From assembly GCF_988243305.1 (NCBI RefSeq), contig NZ_OZ547136.1: a stretch of 64,000 nucleotides of DNA. The stretch is one strand, 5' to 3'. This document shows, in pieces, positions 22,496 through 33,821 of this stretch. The position numbers and the translations under genes are program-made. Positions within the stretch are counted from its first letter, which is position 1. Each line of letters starts with the position of its first letter. The notes beneath the pieces were generated by a model. That model had not been told where the DNA came from. It saw only the letters and a program-made list of their open reading frames with translations, and ran no database searches.

Positions 22496-22786
22496 ATGGA
22501 ATATAAAGATCCAATGCATGAGCTGTTGAGCAGCCTGGAACAGATTGTTTTTAAAGATGAAACGCAGAAAATTACCCTGACGCACAGAACAACATCCTGT
22601 ACCGAAATTGAGCAGTTACGAAAAGGGACAGGATTAAAAATCGATGATTTCGCCCGGGTTTTGGGCGTATCAGTCGCCATGGTAAAGGAATGGGAATCCA
22701 GACGCGTGAAGCCTTCAAGTGCCGAACTAAAATTGATGCGTTTGATTCAAGCCAACCCGGCATTAAGTAAGCAGTTGATGGAATAG
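22496..22786 (+). CDS. yiaG: XRE-family HTH transcriptional regulator YiaG
   Basis: 96-aa ORF with C-terminal HTH (LRKGTGLKIDDFARVLGVSVAMVKEWE). Confidence 0.8.
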   Translation: MEYKDPMHELLSSLEQIVFKDETQKITLTHRTTSCTEIEQLRKGTGLKIDDFARVLGVSVAMVKEWESRRVKPSSAELKLMRLIQANPALSKQLME

Positions 22787-22870
22787 ACTTTTATCCACTT
22801 TATTGCTGTTTACGGTCCTGATGACAGGACCGTTTTCCAACCGATTAATCATAAATATGAAAAATAATTG

Positions 22871-22899
22871 TTGCATCACCCGCCAATGCGTGGCTTAAT
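22871..22899 (+). promoter_or_regulatory. cspA promoter (-35 TTGCAT, 17-bp spacer, -10 CTTAAT) preceded by AT-rich UP element
   Basis: Hexamers read directly at 22871-22876 and 22894-22899; matches the known cspA promoter. Confidence 0.8.
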
Positions 22900-22907
22900 G
22901 CACATCA

Positions 22908-23066
22908 ACGGTTTGACGTACAGACCATTAAAGCAGTGTAGTAAGGCAAGTCCCTTCAAGAGTTATCGTTGATACCCCTCGTAGTGCACATTCCTTTAAC
23001 GCTTCAAAATCTGTAAAGCACGCCATATCGCCGAAAGGCACACTTAATTATTAAAGGTAATACACT
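22908..23066 (+). promoter_or_regulatory. cspA 159-nt 5' UTR (cold-box / RNA thermosensor leader)
   Basis: Leader beginning ACGGTTTGACGTACAGACC... runs to the ATG at 23067; established cspA biology. Confidence 0.8.
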
Positions 23067-23279
23067 ATGTCCGGTAAAATGACTGGTATCGTAAAATGGT
23101 TCAACGCTGACAAAGGCTTCGGCTTCATCACTCCTGACGATGGCTCTAAAGACGTGTTCGTACACTTCTCTGCTATCCAGAACGATGGTTACAAATCTCT
23201 GGACGAAGGTCAGAAAGTGTCCTTCACCATCGAAAGCGGCGCTAAAGGCCCGGCAGCTGGTAACGTAACCAGCCTGTAA
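23067..23279 (+). CDS. cspA: Major cold-shock protein CspA (70 aa)
   Basis: [70 protein letters not shown]. Confidence 0.98.
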
Positions 23280-23306
23280 TCTCTGCTTAAAAGCACAGAA
23301 TCTAAG

Positions 23307-23337
23307 ATCCCTGCCATTTGGCGGGGATTTTTTTATT
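23307..23337 (+). terminator. cspA rho-independent terminator
   Basis: Hairpin tccctgcc-attt-ggcgggga followed by tttttttatttg. Confidence 0.8.
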
Positions 23338-23466
23338 TGTTTTTCAGGAAATAAATAATCGATCGCGTAATAAAATCTATTATTATTTTTGTGAAAAATA
23401 AATTTGGGTGCAATGAGAATGCGCAACGCCGTAAGAAAGGCGGGAATAACTTCCCGCCGAAGACTC

Positions 23467-23619
23467 TTACTCTTTCAAATTGCAGGCTAAAAATGCCGCC
23501 AGCTCATAACTCCCCTGTTTAATATGCAATTCACACAGTGAATCTCTTATCATCCAGGTGAAAAATAAAAGCGTGCAACAAATCACTATTAAAGAAAGTA
23601 ATCTATATTTCTGCGGCAT
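23467..23619 (-). CDS. hokA: Hok-family type I toxin HokA (50 aa)
   Basis: MPQKYRLLSLIVICCTLLFFTWMIRDSLCELHIKQGSYELAAFLACNLKE; an in-frame 20-codon upstream extension exists in the ORF track. Confidence 0.85.
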   Translation of the reverse strand: MPQKYRLLSLIVICCTLLFFTWMIRDSLCELHIKQGSYELAAFLACNLKE

Positions 23620-23896
23620 TCCCAGCCTCCTGTGTTGATTTCCAACGAGTAAGAGGCTAACCTTATGGTGTTCAGGCATAGGGTAGCCTCACTTTGATTT
23701 ATAGTCAGGTGGGGCTTTTCTCTGTCTGCCTTTCGGTGAATACCTGAGACAAACAGTCTCAAGCACCCGCAGCTATTCTAGCTTAATAAGTTCGTTTCTT
23801 CTCCTTGATATAATCCTAAAAAAATCTCATAAAATTAATATATGAGACAATCTTTATTCAGCAGAAGATTATTAAAGGTTGCTCTATTATTTAGCG

Positions 23897-23922
23897 ATAA
23901 AAAAGCCTGCCAGATGGCAGGC
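23897..23922 (-). terminator. glyS rho-independent terminator
   Basis: Hairpin agcctgcc-agat-ggcaggct with flanking A/T runs just after the glyS stop. Confidence 0.8.
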
Positions 23923-23940
23923 TTTTTAATAACGGCGTTA

Positions 23941-26010
23941 TTACTGCAACAGCGAAATATCCGCAACGCGCAGGAACAGTTCGCGCAGTTTCTCCAGCAT
24001 GGTCAAACGGTTAATACGCAATTCTTTGTCATCAACCATGACCATCACTTTATCGAAGAAGGCATCAACCGGTTCACGCAATTCAGCCAGTTCGACCAGC
24101 GCGTCCTGGTAACGACCTTCGGCGAAGTACGGCTCCAGTTTATCGCGCAGCACAACCACCTGCATCGCCAGTTTAATTTCTTCCGGCTCTTTCAGAGTAG
24201 AAGCATTCACGCGATCGCTCAGCACTTCGTCAGACTTCGCCAGAATGTTAGATACACGCTTGTTCGCCGCCGCCAGTGCTGCAGCTGCTTCCAGGGTACG
24301 GAAGTGCGATACCGCTTTCATTCGGGCATCGAAATCAGCCGGACGCGTCGGACGACGTGCCAGTACCGCCTGGATGGTGTCAACGGTGTAACCTTCGTCC
24401 TGATACCAGGCGCGGAAGCGACCGAGCATAAAGTCGATAACATCATCAACCACGTTGGCATTAGTCAGCTTATCGCCATACAGACGCACTGCTTCTTCGG
24501 TCAGCGTTTGCAGATCAAGGTTGAGGTTCTTCTCAACGATAATGCGCAGCACGCCAAGTGCGGCACGACGCAGCGCAAACGGGTCTTTATCGCCTTTCGG
24601 ATGCTGACCGATACCGAAAATACCCGCCAGGGTGTCCATCTTGTCAGCAATCGCCAGCGCACAAGCCACTGGGTTAGACGGCAGGTCATCACCGGCAAAA
24701 CGCGGCTGATACTGCTCGTTCAGCGCCACTGCCACATCTTCCGCTTCGCCATCGTGACGCGCGTAGTGCATCCCCATAACGCCCTGGGTGTCGGTGAACT
24801 CGAAGACCATGTTGGTCATCAGGTCACACTTAGACAGCAGGCCCGCACGGGTTGCGTGGTTAACGTCAGCGCCAATCTGTTCAGCAATCCAGCCAGCCAG
24901 CGCCTGGATGCGGTCAGTTTTGTCGCGCAGTGTACCCAGCTGTTGCTGAAACAACACGGTTTGCAGGCGCGGCAGGTTATCTTCCAGACGTTTTTTACGG
25001 TCGGTGTTGAAGAAGAACTCGGCATCCGCCAGACGTGGACGAACGACTTTCTCGTTACCAGAGATAATTTGCTGCGGATCTTTCGATTCGATGTTGGCAA
25101 CGAAGATAAAGTTCGGCAGCAGTTTGCCGTCGTTCGCATACACCGGGAAGTATTTCTGGTCACCTTTCATGGTGTAAACCAGCGCTTCAGACGGCACCGC
25201 GAGGAATTTCTCTTCGAATTTTGCGGTCAGCACAACCGGCCATTCCACCAGCGAAGCCACTTCTTCCAACAGGCTTTCGCTTAAGTCAGCGTTACCGCCA
25301 ATCTTACGTGCTGCTTCTTCGGCATCGGCTTTAATCTTCGCCTTACGTTCTTCGTAATCGGCGATGACTTTCCCGCGCTCACGCAGAATTTCCGGATACT
25401 GATCGGCGTTATCGATGGTGAATTCCGGCTCGCCCATAAAGCGGTGGCCGCGAATCACGCGATCGGACTGAATGCCCAGAATGGTAGCCGGAATAACTTT
25501 GTCGCCCAGCAGCAGGGTCACGGTGTGCACCGGACGCACGAAGTGCACGTCGCTTGCACCCCAGCGCATCAGTTTCGGGATCGGCAGTTTCGCCAGCGAA
25601 GTTGCAACCATATTCGGCAGCAGTGCTTCGGTGCTTTCGCCCTTCACGTGGGCGCGATACAGCAGCCATTCGCCTTTATCGGTAGTCAGACGCTCAGCCT
25701 GGTCAACGGTAATACCGCAACCACGCGCCCAACCTTCTGCCGCTTTGCTCGGTTTGCCTTCAGCGTCGAACGCCTGGGCAATCGCCGGGCCGCGTTTTTC
25801 GATTTCACGATCCGGTTGCGCTTCCGCCAGGTTAGCTACTTTCAGCGCCAGACGACGCGGAGCAGCAAACCATTGAACGGTGCCGTGTGCGAGGCCAGCG
25901 TTATCCAGCTCCACAGTAAAGTTCGCAGCAAAGGACTCAGCCAGGCTGCGCAGTGCTTTTGGTGGCAGCTCTTCAGTGCCGATTTCCACCAGAAAAGTTT
26001 TCTCAGACAT
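23941..26010 (-). CDS. glyS: Glycine--tRNA ligase beta subunit (689 aa)
   Basis: 689-aa [23 protein letters not shown]..., immediately downstream of glyQ. Confidence 0.97.
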   Translation of the reverse strand: MSEKTFLVEIGTEELPPKALRSLAESFAANFTVELDNAGLAHGTVQWFAAPRRLALKVANLAEAQPDREIEKRGPAIAQAFDAEGKPSKAAEGWARGCGITVDQAERLTTDKGEWLLYRAHVKGESTEALLPNMVATSLAKLPIPKLMRWGASDVHFVRPVHTVTLLLGDKVIPATILGIQSDRVIRGHRFMGEPEFTIDNADQYPEILRERGKVIADYEERKAKIKADAEEAARKIGGNADLSESLLEEVASLVEWPVVLTAKFEEKFLAVPSEALVYTMKGDQKYFPVYANDGKLLPNFIFVANIESKDPQQIISGNEKVVRPRLADAEFFFNTDRKKRLEDNLPRLQTVLFQQQLGTLRDKTDRIQALAGWIAEQIGADVNHATRAGLLSKCDLMTNMVFEFTDTQGVMGMHYARHDGEAEDVAVALNEQYQPRFAGDDLPSNPVACALAIADKMDTLAGIFGIGQHPKGDKDPFALRRAALGVLRIIVEKNLNLDLQTLTEEAVRLYGDKLTNANVVDDVIDFMLGRFRAWYQDEGYTVDTIQAVLARRPTRPADFDARMKAVSHFRTLEAAAALAAANKRVSNILAKSDEVLSDRVNASTLKEPEEIKLAMQVVVLRDKLEPYFAEGRYQDALVELAELREPVDAFFDKVMVMVDDKELRINRLTMLEKLRELFLRVADISLLQ

Positions 26011-26019
26011 AGCCGCCTC

Positions 26020-26931
26020 TTACTTATCTTTGTTGCACATCGGGAAGCCGAGGGCTTCACGGGAAGCGTAGTATGCTTCTGCCACTGCTTTGGTCAGGGT
26101 GCGAATGCGCAGAATGTAGCGCTGACGCTCAGTGACGGAGATGGCTTTACGCGCATCCAGCAGGTTGAAGCTGTGGGCGGCTTTCAGAATACGCTCGTAG
26201 GCTGGCAGCGGCAGCGGATTTTCCAGCGCCAGCAACTGCTGCGCTTCTTTCTCGTACTGCTCGAAGCAGGTGAACAGGAAGTCCACGTCCGCGTATTCGA
26301 AGTTGTAAGTGGACTGCTCCACTTCGTTCTGATGGAACACGTCGCCGTAGGTGGTTTTACCCAGCGGGCCGTCGCTCCAGACCAGGTCGTAAACGCTGTC
26401 TACGCCCTGAATGTACATGGCCAGACGTTCCAGACCGTAGGTGATCTCGCCGGTAACCGGTTTACACTCCAGACCACCAACCTGCTGGAAGTAAGTGAAC
26501 TGCGTCACTTCCATGCCGTTTAGCCACACTTCCCAGCCCAGTCCCCAGGCACCCAACGTCGGGTTTTCCCAGTTATCTTCCACGAAACGGATATCGTGGA
26601 TAGTCGGGTCCATGCCCAGCTCTTTCAGAGAACCAAGGTACAGCTCCTGAATATTGTCCGGCGATGGCTTAATGACCACCTGGAACTGATAGTAGTGCTG
26701 TAAACGGTTGGGGTTTTCGCCGTAGCGACCATCGGTCGGGCGACGAGAAGGCTGAACATAAGCAGCCGCCATCGGTTCTGGCCCCAGCGCGCGCAGACAG
26801 GTCATTGGGTGAGAGGTTCCCGCGCCGACTTCCATGTCCAATGGTTGAACAATGGTGCAGCCCTGGCGAGCCCAGTAATCCTGTAAGGTCAGGATCAAGC
26901 CCTGGAAGGTCCTGGTATCAAACTTTTGCAT
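26020..26931 (-). CDS. glyQ: Glycine--tRNA ligase alpha subunit (303 aa)
   Basis: 303-aa [45 protein letters not shown]... Confidence 0.97.
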
Positions 26932-27025
26932 ATTATTTCGTGCTGGATACGTGTGGATTTAAAGGAAGGGATCAGTATACCCGCTGGATGGAAGATATAC
27001 AGTACGAAACGGGAAAAAGCAGGGC

Positions 27026-27334
27026 TTAACGCATGGAAAGATGCAAAAAATGGCCATCTGCGTCAAAAGAACAGACAAACTGCTCTTTACGGAAGGTATA
27101 ACCGCGCATTTCGTAGCTCCCCTGGAACTGTTCAAATGCGGTGACGTCGATTTTTTGCGCACCTGTATTATAGCGTTTTGCCGCCTGATCTTTGCATAGC
27201 CCTTCCATATTCAACGAACGCTGAGGATCAACCTTTACCCGTTGTGCTTTCTGCACGGGTGGCGGTGTAGAACAACCCACTAGCGCCATAAGCACCATAA
27301 GTGCCATTGCCGGAAAGAAAGAGTTCATCATCAT
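27026..27334 (-). CDS. ysaB: Small lipoprotein YsaB
   Basis: About 100-aa ORF with signal peptide and lipobox LVGC; which of three consecutive Met codons starts it is uncertain. Confidence 0.75.
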   Translation of the reverse strand: MMMNSFFPAMALMVLMALVGCSTPPPVQKAQRVKVDPQRSLNMEGLCKDQAAKRYNTGAQKIDVTAFEQFQGSYEMRGYTFRKEQFVCSFDADGHFLHLSMR

Positions 27335-27508
27335 TAAATTACCGTCTGGTTTGCAGGTGAGTCTTATTATTTATATCGGTATAGTGGCTGATATCTTACG
27401 AATTTCCTTAAGCCTCTATAAGCTGTAGTGATAAAACTCAGATTATTCCAGTGCGCCAACCGAATGATTTATCGGTCAGACTTTTTTTAACCAGATACAG
27501 AGACACAG

Positions 27509-28504
27509 ATGCAGCCCAAAATTTACTGGATTGATAACCTGCGAGGGATAGCGTGTTTAATGGTGGTGATGATTCACACCACTACCTGGTATGTGACCAA
27601 TGCTCATAGTGTTAGCCCCGTCACATGGGATATCGCCAATGTTCTGAATTCTGCCTCTCGTGTCAGCGTGCCGCTATTTTTCATGATTTCCGGCTATCTC
27701 TTTTTTGGCGAACGCAGCGCCCAGCCGCGCCATTTCTTGCGTATCGGCTTATGTCTGCTTTTTTATAGCGCAATCGCACTGCTCTACATTGCGCTGTTTA
27801 CCTCCATCAATATGGAGTTAGCGCTGAAAAACCTGCTGCAAAAGCCAGTGTTTTACCACTTGTGGTTTTTCTTCGCGATTGCGGTGATTTATCTGGTTTC
27901 ACCACTGATTCAGGTGAAGAACGTCGGCGGAAAAATGTTGCTGGTGCTAATGGTGGTGATTGGTATTATCGCTAACCCAAACACAGTGCCGCAGAAAATT
28001 GACGGTTTTGAATGGCTGCCAATTAACTTATATATCAATGGCGATACTTTTTACTACATCCTTTATGGCATGTTGGGCCGCGCTATAGGGATGATGGACA
28101 CACAGCATAAAGCACTGTCGTGGGGGAGCGCCGCACTGTTTGCGACGGGGGTTTTTATTATCTCTCGCGGGACATTATATGAATTGCAGTGGCGCGGAAA
28201 TTTTGCCGATACCTGGTATCTTTACTGTGGGCCGATGGTTTTTATCTGCGCAATCACGCTATTGACTCTGGTTAAAAACACGCTGGATACGCGTACCGTT
28301 CGCGGACTTGGCTTAATCTCCCGCCATTCGTTGGGTATATACGGATTCCACGCCTTGATTATCCATGCACTGCGCACCCGGGGGATTGAGCTTAAAAACT
28401 GGCCAATACTCGATATTATTTGGATCTTTTGCGCGACGTTGGCAGCGAGTTTGTTACTTTCTATGCTGGTACAACGAATCGACAGAAACAGACTAGTGAG
28501 TTAA
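27509..28504 (+). CDS. wecH: O-acetyltransferase WecH (YiaH), acyltransferase-3 family membrane protein
   Basis: 331-aa polytopic membrane protein [24 protein letters not shown]... Confidence 0.85.
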   Translation: MQPKIYWIDNLRGIACLMVVMIHTTTWYVTNAHSVSPVTWDIANVLNSASRVSVPLFFMISGYLFFGERSAQPRHFLRIGLCLLFYSAIALLYIALFTSINMELALKNLLQKPVFYHLWFFFAIAVIYLVSPLIQVKNVGGKMLLVLMVVIGIIANPNTVPQKIDGFEWLPINLYINGDTFYYILYGMLGRAIGMMDTQHKALSWGSAALFATGVFIISRGTLYELQWRGNFADTWYLYCGPMVFICAITLLTLVKNTLDTRTVRGLGLISRHSLGIYGFHALIIHALRTRGIELKNWPILDIIWIFCATLAASLLLSMLVQRIDRNRLVS

Positions 28505-28545
28505 ATAAAGGCCCGGTCACATTGGACTGACCGGGCTTATGTGAA

Positions 28546-28986
28546 TTATTCGCTGTATTCTTCCTGGGTAACCTGTGTTTCTTTTGGTGGGTTTATTCCG
28601 GCATCACGAATATTCTTCTGCACCGCTACTGCACCAAACAAGCTTAAGAAGAAAGCTAGTCCATAAAAACCTTTCTCGCTGAGTAATAATGTCGCATTCC
28701 ACAGACCTACCATCAGTAATGCAACAGAGATAATAAAGACAGTCAGGCAGGTCATATAATAAATGGAAGTGGTCGGTATGCCTTCATACTTGTCCCGAAC
28801 GGTCTTTTGATAAGACGCCGCAGAAAACAGTCCTAATACCAGTACGGCAAAATAATATCCTTTTTCATTTAACTGCATCTCTGCATTCCATAGCCCTAAC
28901 AGATAGGTAACGATACCACCAACGAGAGCTATCCATGACACAATACTGAATGCCGGAGAATAGGTTGATATTTTGTTGTCCATCAC
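28546..28986 (-). CDS. yiaA: Inner membrane protein YiaA
   Basis: 146-aa ORF with four hydrophobic helices; paralogous to adjacent yiaB. Confidence 0.85.
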
Positions 28987-29028
28987 AGTATTCCTTTCAT
29001 TCCTGAATGTGTAAGAGTTTTATGTTGC

Positions 29029-29370
29029 TCATGCCGGGCGAAACAAACGCATTTGACCAAACAAGCAGACAAAAAAGGCGATAGGGTAGATCACCATTTC
29101 ATAAGCATTGATAGGTGCGTTTAAAACACCGATAAACAAGAGACCGATAGTGATTAACGCAACTAACTGGCAGATGTGGGTAAAAAAATCATCCAGTTGC
29201 CCGAGTTTTTCTGCGCGAAGATATGCATAGTTGCCAAAAGTTGCCGTCATTAACACGCCAAGAAAATAGCCTTTTCCACTTAACAATGGGCATGAGATCC
29301 ATAGCCCAAGCAGATAAACCAGCGCCCCGACAACAAATAATATTTTTGCCACAGTCTTTGAGGTTTTCAT
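29029..29370 (-). CDS. yiaB: Inner membrane protein YiaB (113 aa)
   Basis: Start placed at MKTSKTVAKILFVVGALVYL; upstream 14 codons of the ORF track rejected. Confidence 0.82.
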   Translation of the reverse strand: MKTSKTVAKILFVVGALVYLLGLWISCPLLSGKGYFLGVLMTATFGNYAYLRAEKLGQLDDFFTHICQLVALITIGLLFIGVLNAPINAYEMVIYPIAFFVCLFGQMRLFRPA

Positions 29371-29537
29371 AACGAGCTCCATATCTACCAGTGATACATT
29401 ACGAGTAACCAACGAAAGACAAAACTGAAAAATGCCATTAACAAATGATTTCAGAATAAATTCATACTAAATATTAATTAATTACTGATATATATAGATG
29501 TGAATTATCCCCCACCCGGTCAGGCAGGGGATAACGT

Positions 29538-30992
29538 TTACGCCATTAATGGCAGAAGTTGCTGATAGAGGCGACGGAACGTTTCTCGTCGTGGCTGATA
29601 AGCGGCATAACGCTGCGCATCTGGTAGATGCGACTGTTCTAACGGCAGTTGCGGCAACAACTCAATGAGCGATTTCTCTGGATTCGCCGCAATCTGCGCC
29701 AGCCTTGCTGCGCCCAGTGCTGGCCCCACATCCCCCCCCGTACGGTAATCGAGCCGCTGACCGCTGATATCCGCCAGCATCTGACGCCAGTACTCACTAC
29801 GCGCCCCGCCACCAATCAACGTAACACTTTGCGGTTTAATGCCGCAGGCATGCACGACATCCATGCCATCTGCCAGCGCATAACCCACGCCTTCCAGCAC
29901 TGCTCGCGCCAGTTCCTTGGGACCATGTTGATGAGTCAAACCAAAGAAAACCCCCTTCGCCTGGGGATTATTGTGTGGTGTACGCTCGCCGGAAAGATAA
30001 GGCAGAAACCAAACTGGCTCGGCACTTTCATCAGCCTGTTGAGCAGCCGCGATTAAAGCTGGGACATTGTTCAGGCCCGTTAATTTCGCAGCCCAATCCA
30101 GACACGACGCTGCACTCAGCATCACAGACATTAAATGCCAACGCTGCGGTAGCGCATGGCAAAAGCTGTGTACGGCGCTTTCTGGCTTGCTTAAGAACCC
30201 TTCGCTGACAGCAAAATAGACCCCCGACGTCCCCAGCGATAACATTGCCTGATTAGCATCAACCATTCCTACACCAACCGCACCAGCTGCATTATCACCA
30301 CCGCCTGCGACAACTGGCACCGCCGCCATACCCCACGCTTTCGCAACTTCAGGTAACAAAGCACCAGTAATTTCGCTGCCTTCGTATAATGCGGGCATCT
30401 GGTCACGAGATAAGTGGCAAGCCTGCAGCATGACGTCACTCCAGTCACGCTTTGCGACATCCAGCCACATGGTGCCAGCTGCGTCAGACATATCGCTGGC
30501 AAACTCCCCCGTCATACGCAGACGCAAGTAATCTTTCGGTAACAATACTTTGTCGATTTGACGGAATATCTCCGGCTCATGCCGCTGAACCCATAGCAAT
30601 TTAGGCGCAGTAAATCCGGGCATCATCAGGTTACCGGTAATCACCCGCGATTGCGGAACTCGCGCTTCCAGCAAAGCGCACTCTTGCGCACAGCGCCCGT
30701 CGTTCCACAAAATGGCAGGGCGTAATAACCGTTGCTGGGCATCCAGTAAGGTTGCACCGTGCATCTGGCCGGCAATACCCAATGCTTTAACGTCCTGCAG
30801 AGAATGCTGATCGCCCAGGGCTTTCATTGCGCGATCAGTTGCCTGCCACCACTGTTCCGGGTCTTGTTCCGACCAGAGTGGATGCGGGCGCGAAACGGTC
30901 AGCTTTTCCGTTTGCGAAGCAACCACCTCGCCCTGCTCGTTGAGCAAAATAACTTTTACGCCCGAGGTGCCAAGATCTATCCCGATATACAT
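29538..30992 (-). CDS. xylB: Xylulokinase XylB (484 aa)
   Basis: FGGY-family kinase MYIGIDLGTSGVKVILLNEQGEVV... Confidence 0.95.
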   Translation of the reverse strand: MYIGIDLGTSGVKVILLNEQGEVVASQTEKLTVSRPHPLWSEQDPEQWWQATDRAMKALGDQHSLQDVKALGIAGQMHGATLLDAQQRLLRPAILWNDGRCAQECALLEARVPQSRVITGNLMMPGFTAPKLLWVQRHEPEIFRQIDKVLLPKDYLRLRMTGEFASDMSDAAGTMWLDVAKRDWSDVMLQACHLSRDQMPALYEGSEITGALLPEVAKAWGMAAVPVVAGGGDNAAGAVGVGMVDANQAMLSLGTSGVYFAVSEGFLSKPESAVHSFCHALPQRWHLMSVMLSAASCLDWAAKLTGLNNVPALIAAAQQADESAEPVWFLPYLSGERTPHNNPQAKGVFFGLTHQHGPKELARAVLEGVGYALADGMDVVHACGIKPQSVTLIGGGARSEYWRQMLADISGQRLDYRTGGDVGPALGAARLAQIAANPEKSLIELLPQLPLEQSHLPDAQRYAAYQPRRETFRRLYQQLLPLMA

Positions 30993-31063
30993 ATCGATCG
31001 TTCCTTAAAAAAATGCCCGGTATCGCTACCGATAACCGGGCCAACGGACTGCACAGTTAGCCG

Positions 31064-32386
31064 TTATTTGTCGAACAGATAATGGTTTACCAGATTTTCC
31101 AGTTGCTCCTGGCGACCACTCTGATGCACCGGAGACAAATTGTGTTCCTGAGCATATTTGGCTAAATCTGCCAGTGACATTTGGCCTTTCAGGATTTGCT
31201 GGCCTAATTCGCTATTCCAGCCGGAATAACGCTGCGCGATGCGTTTATCCAGCTCACCATCTTCAATCATGCGTGCTGCAATTTTCAGCGCCAACGCCAT
31301 CGTATCCATCGCGCCGATATGACCGTAAAACAGATCATATTTATCAGTACTTTGACGACGTACTTTGGCATCGAAGTTCAGACCGCCGGTGGTGAAACCG
31401 CCTGCTTTGAGAATTTCATACATCACCAGCGCATTCTCTTCCACACTGTTCGGGAACTGGTCGGTATCCCAGCCCAGTTGTGCATCGCCACGGTTAGCGT
31501 CGACAGAACCGAACAGGCCAAGCGCAATGGCGGTGGCTATTTCATGATGGAAAGAGTGACCTGCCAGCGTCGCGTGGTTAGCTTCAATGTTCAGTTTAAT
31601 CTCTTTTTCCAGACCAAACTGTTTCAGGAAGCCATAGACTGTCGCAGCATCGTAATCATATTGATGTTTGGTCGGTTCTTGCGGTTTCGGTTCGATAAGC
31701 AACGTACCCTGGAAGCCGATTTTATGTTTATGCTCAACCACCATCTGCATAAAGCGGCCCAGTTGTTCACGCTCCTGACGCAGGTCGGTATTTAACAGCG
31801 TTTCGTAACCTTCACGACCGCCCCACAGGACATAGTTTTCACCACCCAATTTATGGGTTGCTTCCATCGCTGTAACAACTTGCGTTGCCGCCCAGCTGAA
31901 GACTTCAGGATCTGGGTTCGTCGCAGCACCCGCACCGTAGCGAGGGTTTGTAAAGCAGTTAGCGGTTCCCCACAGCAGCTTCACGCCGCTCTCTTCTTGC
32001 TTGCCTGCCAGGACATCAACCATTTGCGCAAAATTATTGATGTACTCTTTTAACGACGCGCCCTCAGGGGAAACATCCACATCGTGGAAGCAATAAAATG
32101 GCACATGTAACTTGTGGAAAAACTCAAATGCGACATCTGCTTTACGCTTCGCCAACGCCAGTGCCTCACCAGGCTGCTGCCACGGACGATTAAACGCCCC
32201 CACACCAAACATGTCCGCCCCGTTCCAGCAGAAGGTGTGCCAGTAGCAGGCGGCAAAACGCAAGTGCTCTTCCATACGCTTGCCCAACACCAGTTCGTCG
32301 GGATTATAGTGATGGAATGCTAACGGGTTAGAGGATTTTGAGCCTTCATAACGAACGCGATCGAGCTGGTCAAAATAGGCTTGCAT
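31064..32386 (-). CDS. xylA: Xylose isomerase XylA (440 aa)
   Basis: Start at [24 protein letters not shown]; 4-codon upstream extension rejected. Confidence 0.95.
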   Translation of the reverse strand: MQAYFDQLDRVRYEGSKSSNPLAFHHYNPDELVLGKRMEEHLRFAACYWHTFCWNGADMFGVGAFNRPWQQPGEALALAKRKADVAFEFFHKLHVPFYCFHDVDVSPEGASLKEYINNFAQMVDVLAGKQEESGVKLLWGTANCFTNPRYGAGAATNPDPEVFSWAATQVVTAMEATHKLGGENYVLWGGREGYETLLNTDLRQEREQLGRFMQMVVEHKHKIGFQGTLLIEPKPQEPTKHQYDYDAATVYGFLKQFGLEKEIKLNIEANHATLAGHSFHHEIATAIALGLFGSVDANRGDAQLGWDTDQFPNSVEENALVMYEILKAGGFTTGGLNFDAKVRRQSTDKYDLFYGHIGAMDTMALALKIAARMIEDGELDKRIAQRYSGWNSELGQQILKGQMSLADLAKYAQEHNLSPVHQSGRQEQLENLVNHYLFDK

Positions 32387-32751
32387 ATTGAACTCCATAA
32401 TCAGGTAATGCCGCGGGTGATGGATGATGTCGTAATATTGGGCACTCCCTTTCAGTTGCTCAATTATGTTATTTCACACTGCTATTGAGATAATTCACAA
32501 GTGTGCGCTCGCTCGCAAAATAAAATGGAATGAGGAAACTGGGTAATTCCTCGAAGAGAAAAATGCAATAAGTACAATTGCGCAACAAAAGTAAGATCTC
32601 GGTCATAAATCAAGAAATAAACCAAAAATCGTAATCGAAAGATAAAAATCTGTAATTGTTTTCCCCTGTTTAGTTGCTAAAAATTGGTTACGTTTATCGC
32701 GGTGATTGTTACTTATTAAAGCTGTCCTCTACCTACAGAAGGCCCTACACC
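32387..32751. promoter_or_regulatory. Divergent xylA / xylF promoter region (XylR and CRP-cAMP control in E. coli)
   Basis: AT-rich intergenic region between the divergent xylAB and xylFGHR operons; assignment from established knowledge, individual sites not mapped. Confidence 0.6.
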
Positions 32752-33744
32752 ATGAAAATAAAGAACATTCTACTCACCCTTTGCACCTCACTTCTGCTTA
32801 CCAACGTTGCGGCACACGCCAAAGAAGTCAAAATAGGTATGGCGATTGATGATCTCCGTCTTGAACGCTGGCAAAAAGATCGAGATATTTTTGTGAAAAA
32901 GGCAGAATCTCTCGGCGCGAAAGTATTTGTACAGTCTGCAAATGGCAATGAAGAAACACAAATGTCGCAGATTGAAAACATGATTAACCGGGGCGTCGAT
33001 GTTCTTGTCATTATTCCGTATAACGGTCAGGTATTAAGTAACGTTGTAAAAGAAGCCAAACAAGAAGGTATTAAAGTATTAGCTTACGACCGTATGATTA
33101 ACGATGCGGATATCGATTTTTATATTTCTTTCGATAACGAAAAAGTCGGTGAACTGCAGGCAAAAGCCCTGGTCGATATTGTTCCGCAAGGTAATTACTT
33201 CCTGATGGGCGGCTCGCCGGTAGATAACAACGCCAAGCTGTTCCGCGCCGGGCAAATGAAAGTGTTAAAACCTTACGTTGATTCCGGAAAAATTAAAGTC
33301 GTTGGTGACCAATGGGTTGATGGCTGGTTACCGGAAAACGCATTGAAAATTATGGAAAACGCGCTAACCGCCAATAATAACAAAATTGATGCTGTAGTTG
33401 CCTCAAACGATGCCACCGCAGGTGGGGCAATTCAGGCATTAAGTGCGCAAGGTTTATCAGGGAAAGTAGCAATTTCCGGCCAGGATGCGGATCTCGCAGG
33501 TATTAAACGTATTGCTGCCGGTACGCAAACTATGACGGTGTATAAACCTATTACATTGTTGGCAAATACTGCCGCAGAAATTGCCGTTGAGTTGGGCAAT
33601 GGTCAGGAACCAAAAGCAGATACCACTCTGAATAATGGTCTGAAAGATGTTCCCTCCCGCCTGCTGACACCGATCGATGTGAATAAAAACAACATCAAAG
33701 AAACGGTAGTTAAAGACGGATTCCACAAAGAGAGCGAGCTGTAA
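32752..33744 (+). CDS. xylF: D-xylose ABC transporter periplasmic binding protein XylF (330 aa)
   Basis: Start at MKIKNILLTLCTSLLLTNVAAHA signal peptide. Confidence 0.93.
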   Translation: MKIKNILLTLCTSLLLTNVAAHAKEVKIGMAIDDLRLERWQKDRDIFVKKAESLGAKVFVQSANGNEETQMSQIENMINRGVDVLVIIPYNGQVLSNVVKEAKQEGIKVLAYDRMINDADIDFYISFDNEKVGELQAKALVDIVPQGNYFLMGGSPVDNNAKLFRAGQMKVLKPYVDSGKIKVVGDQWVDGWLPENALKIMENALTANNNKIDAVVASNDATAGGAIQALSAQGLSGKVAISGQDADLAGIKRIAAGTQTMTVYKPITLLANTAAEIAVELGNGQEPKADTTLNNGLKDVPSRLLTPIDVNKNNIKETVVKDGFHKESEL

Positions 33745-33821
33745 GCGTTACGCCCCGGCGGGGAGCGGGGGCGTGATTTCTCTCCATGCCGCGTGAATGA
33801 ATTGGCTTAGGTGGAGTCGTT

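Noticed and set aside
23842-25284. 480-aa ORF on the plus strand, antisense to glyS (and a second 359-aa antisense ORF at 25444-26523)
   Set aside because: Entirely within the well-supported glyS/glyQ coding region on the opposite strand; Q/R/H/F-rich low-complexity translation typical of antisense frames of GC-rich genes; no RBS or family resemblance.
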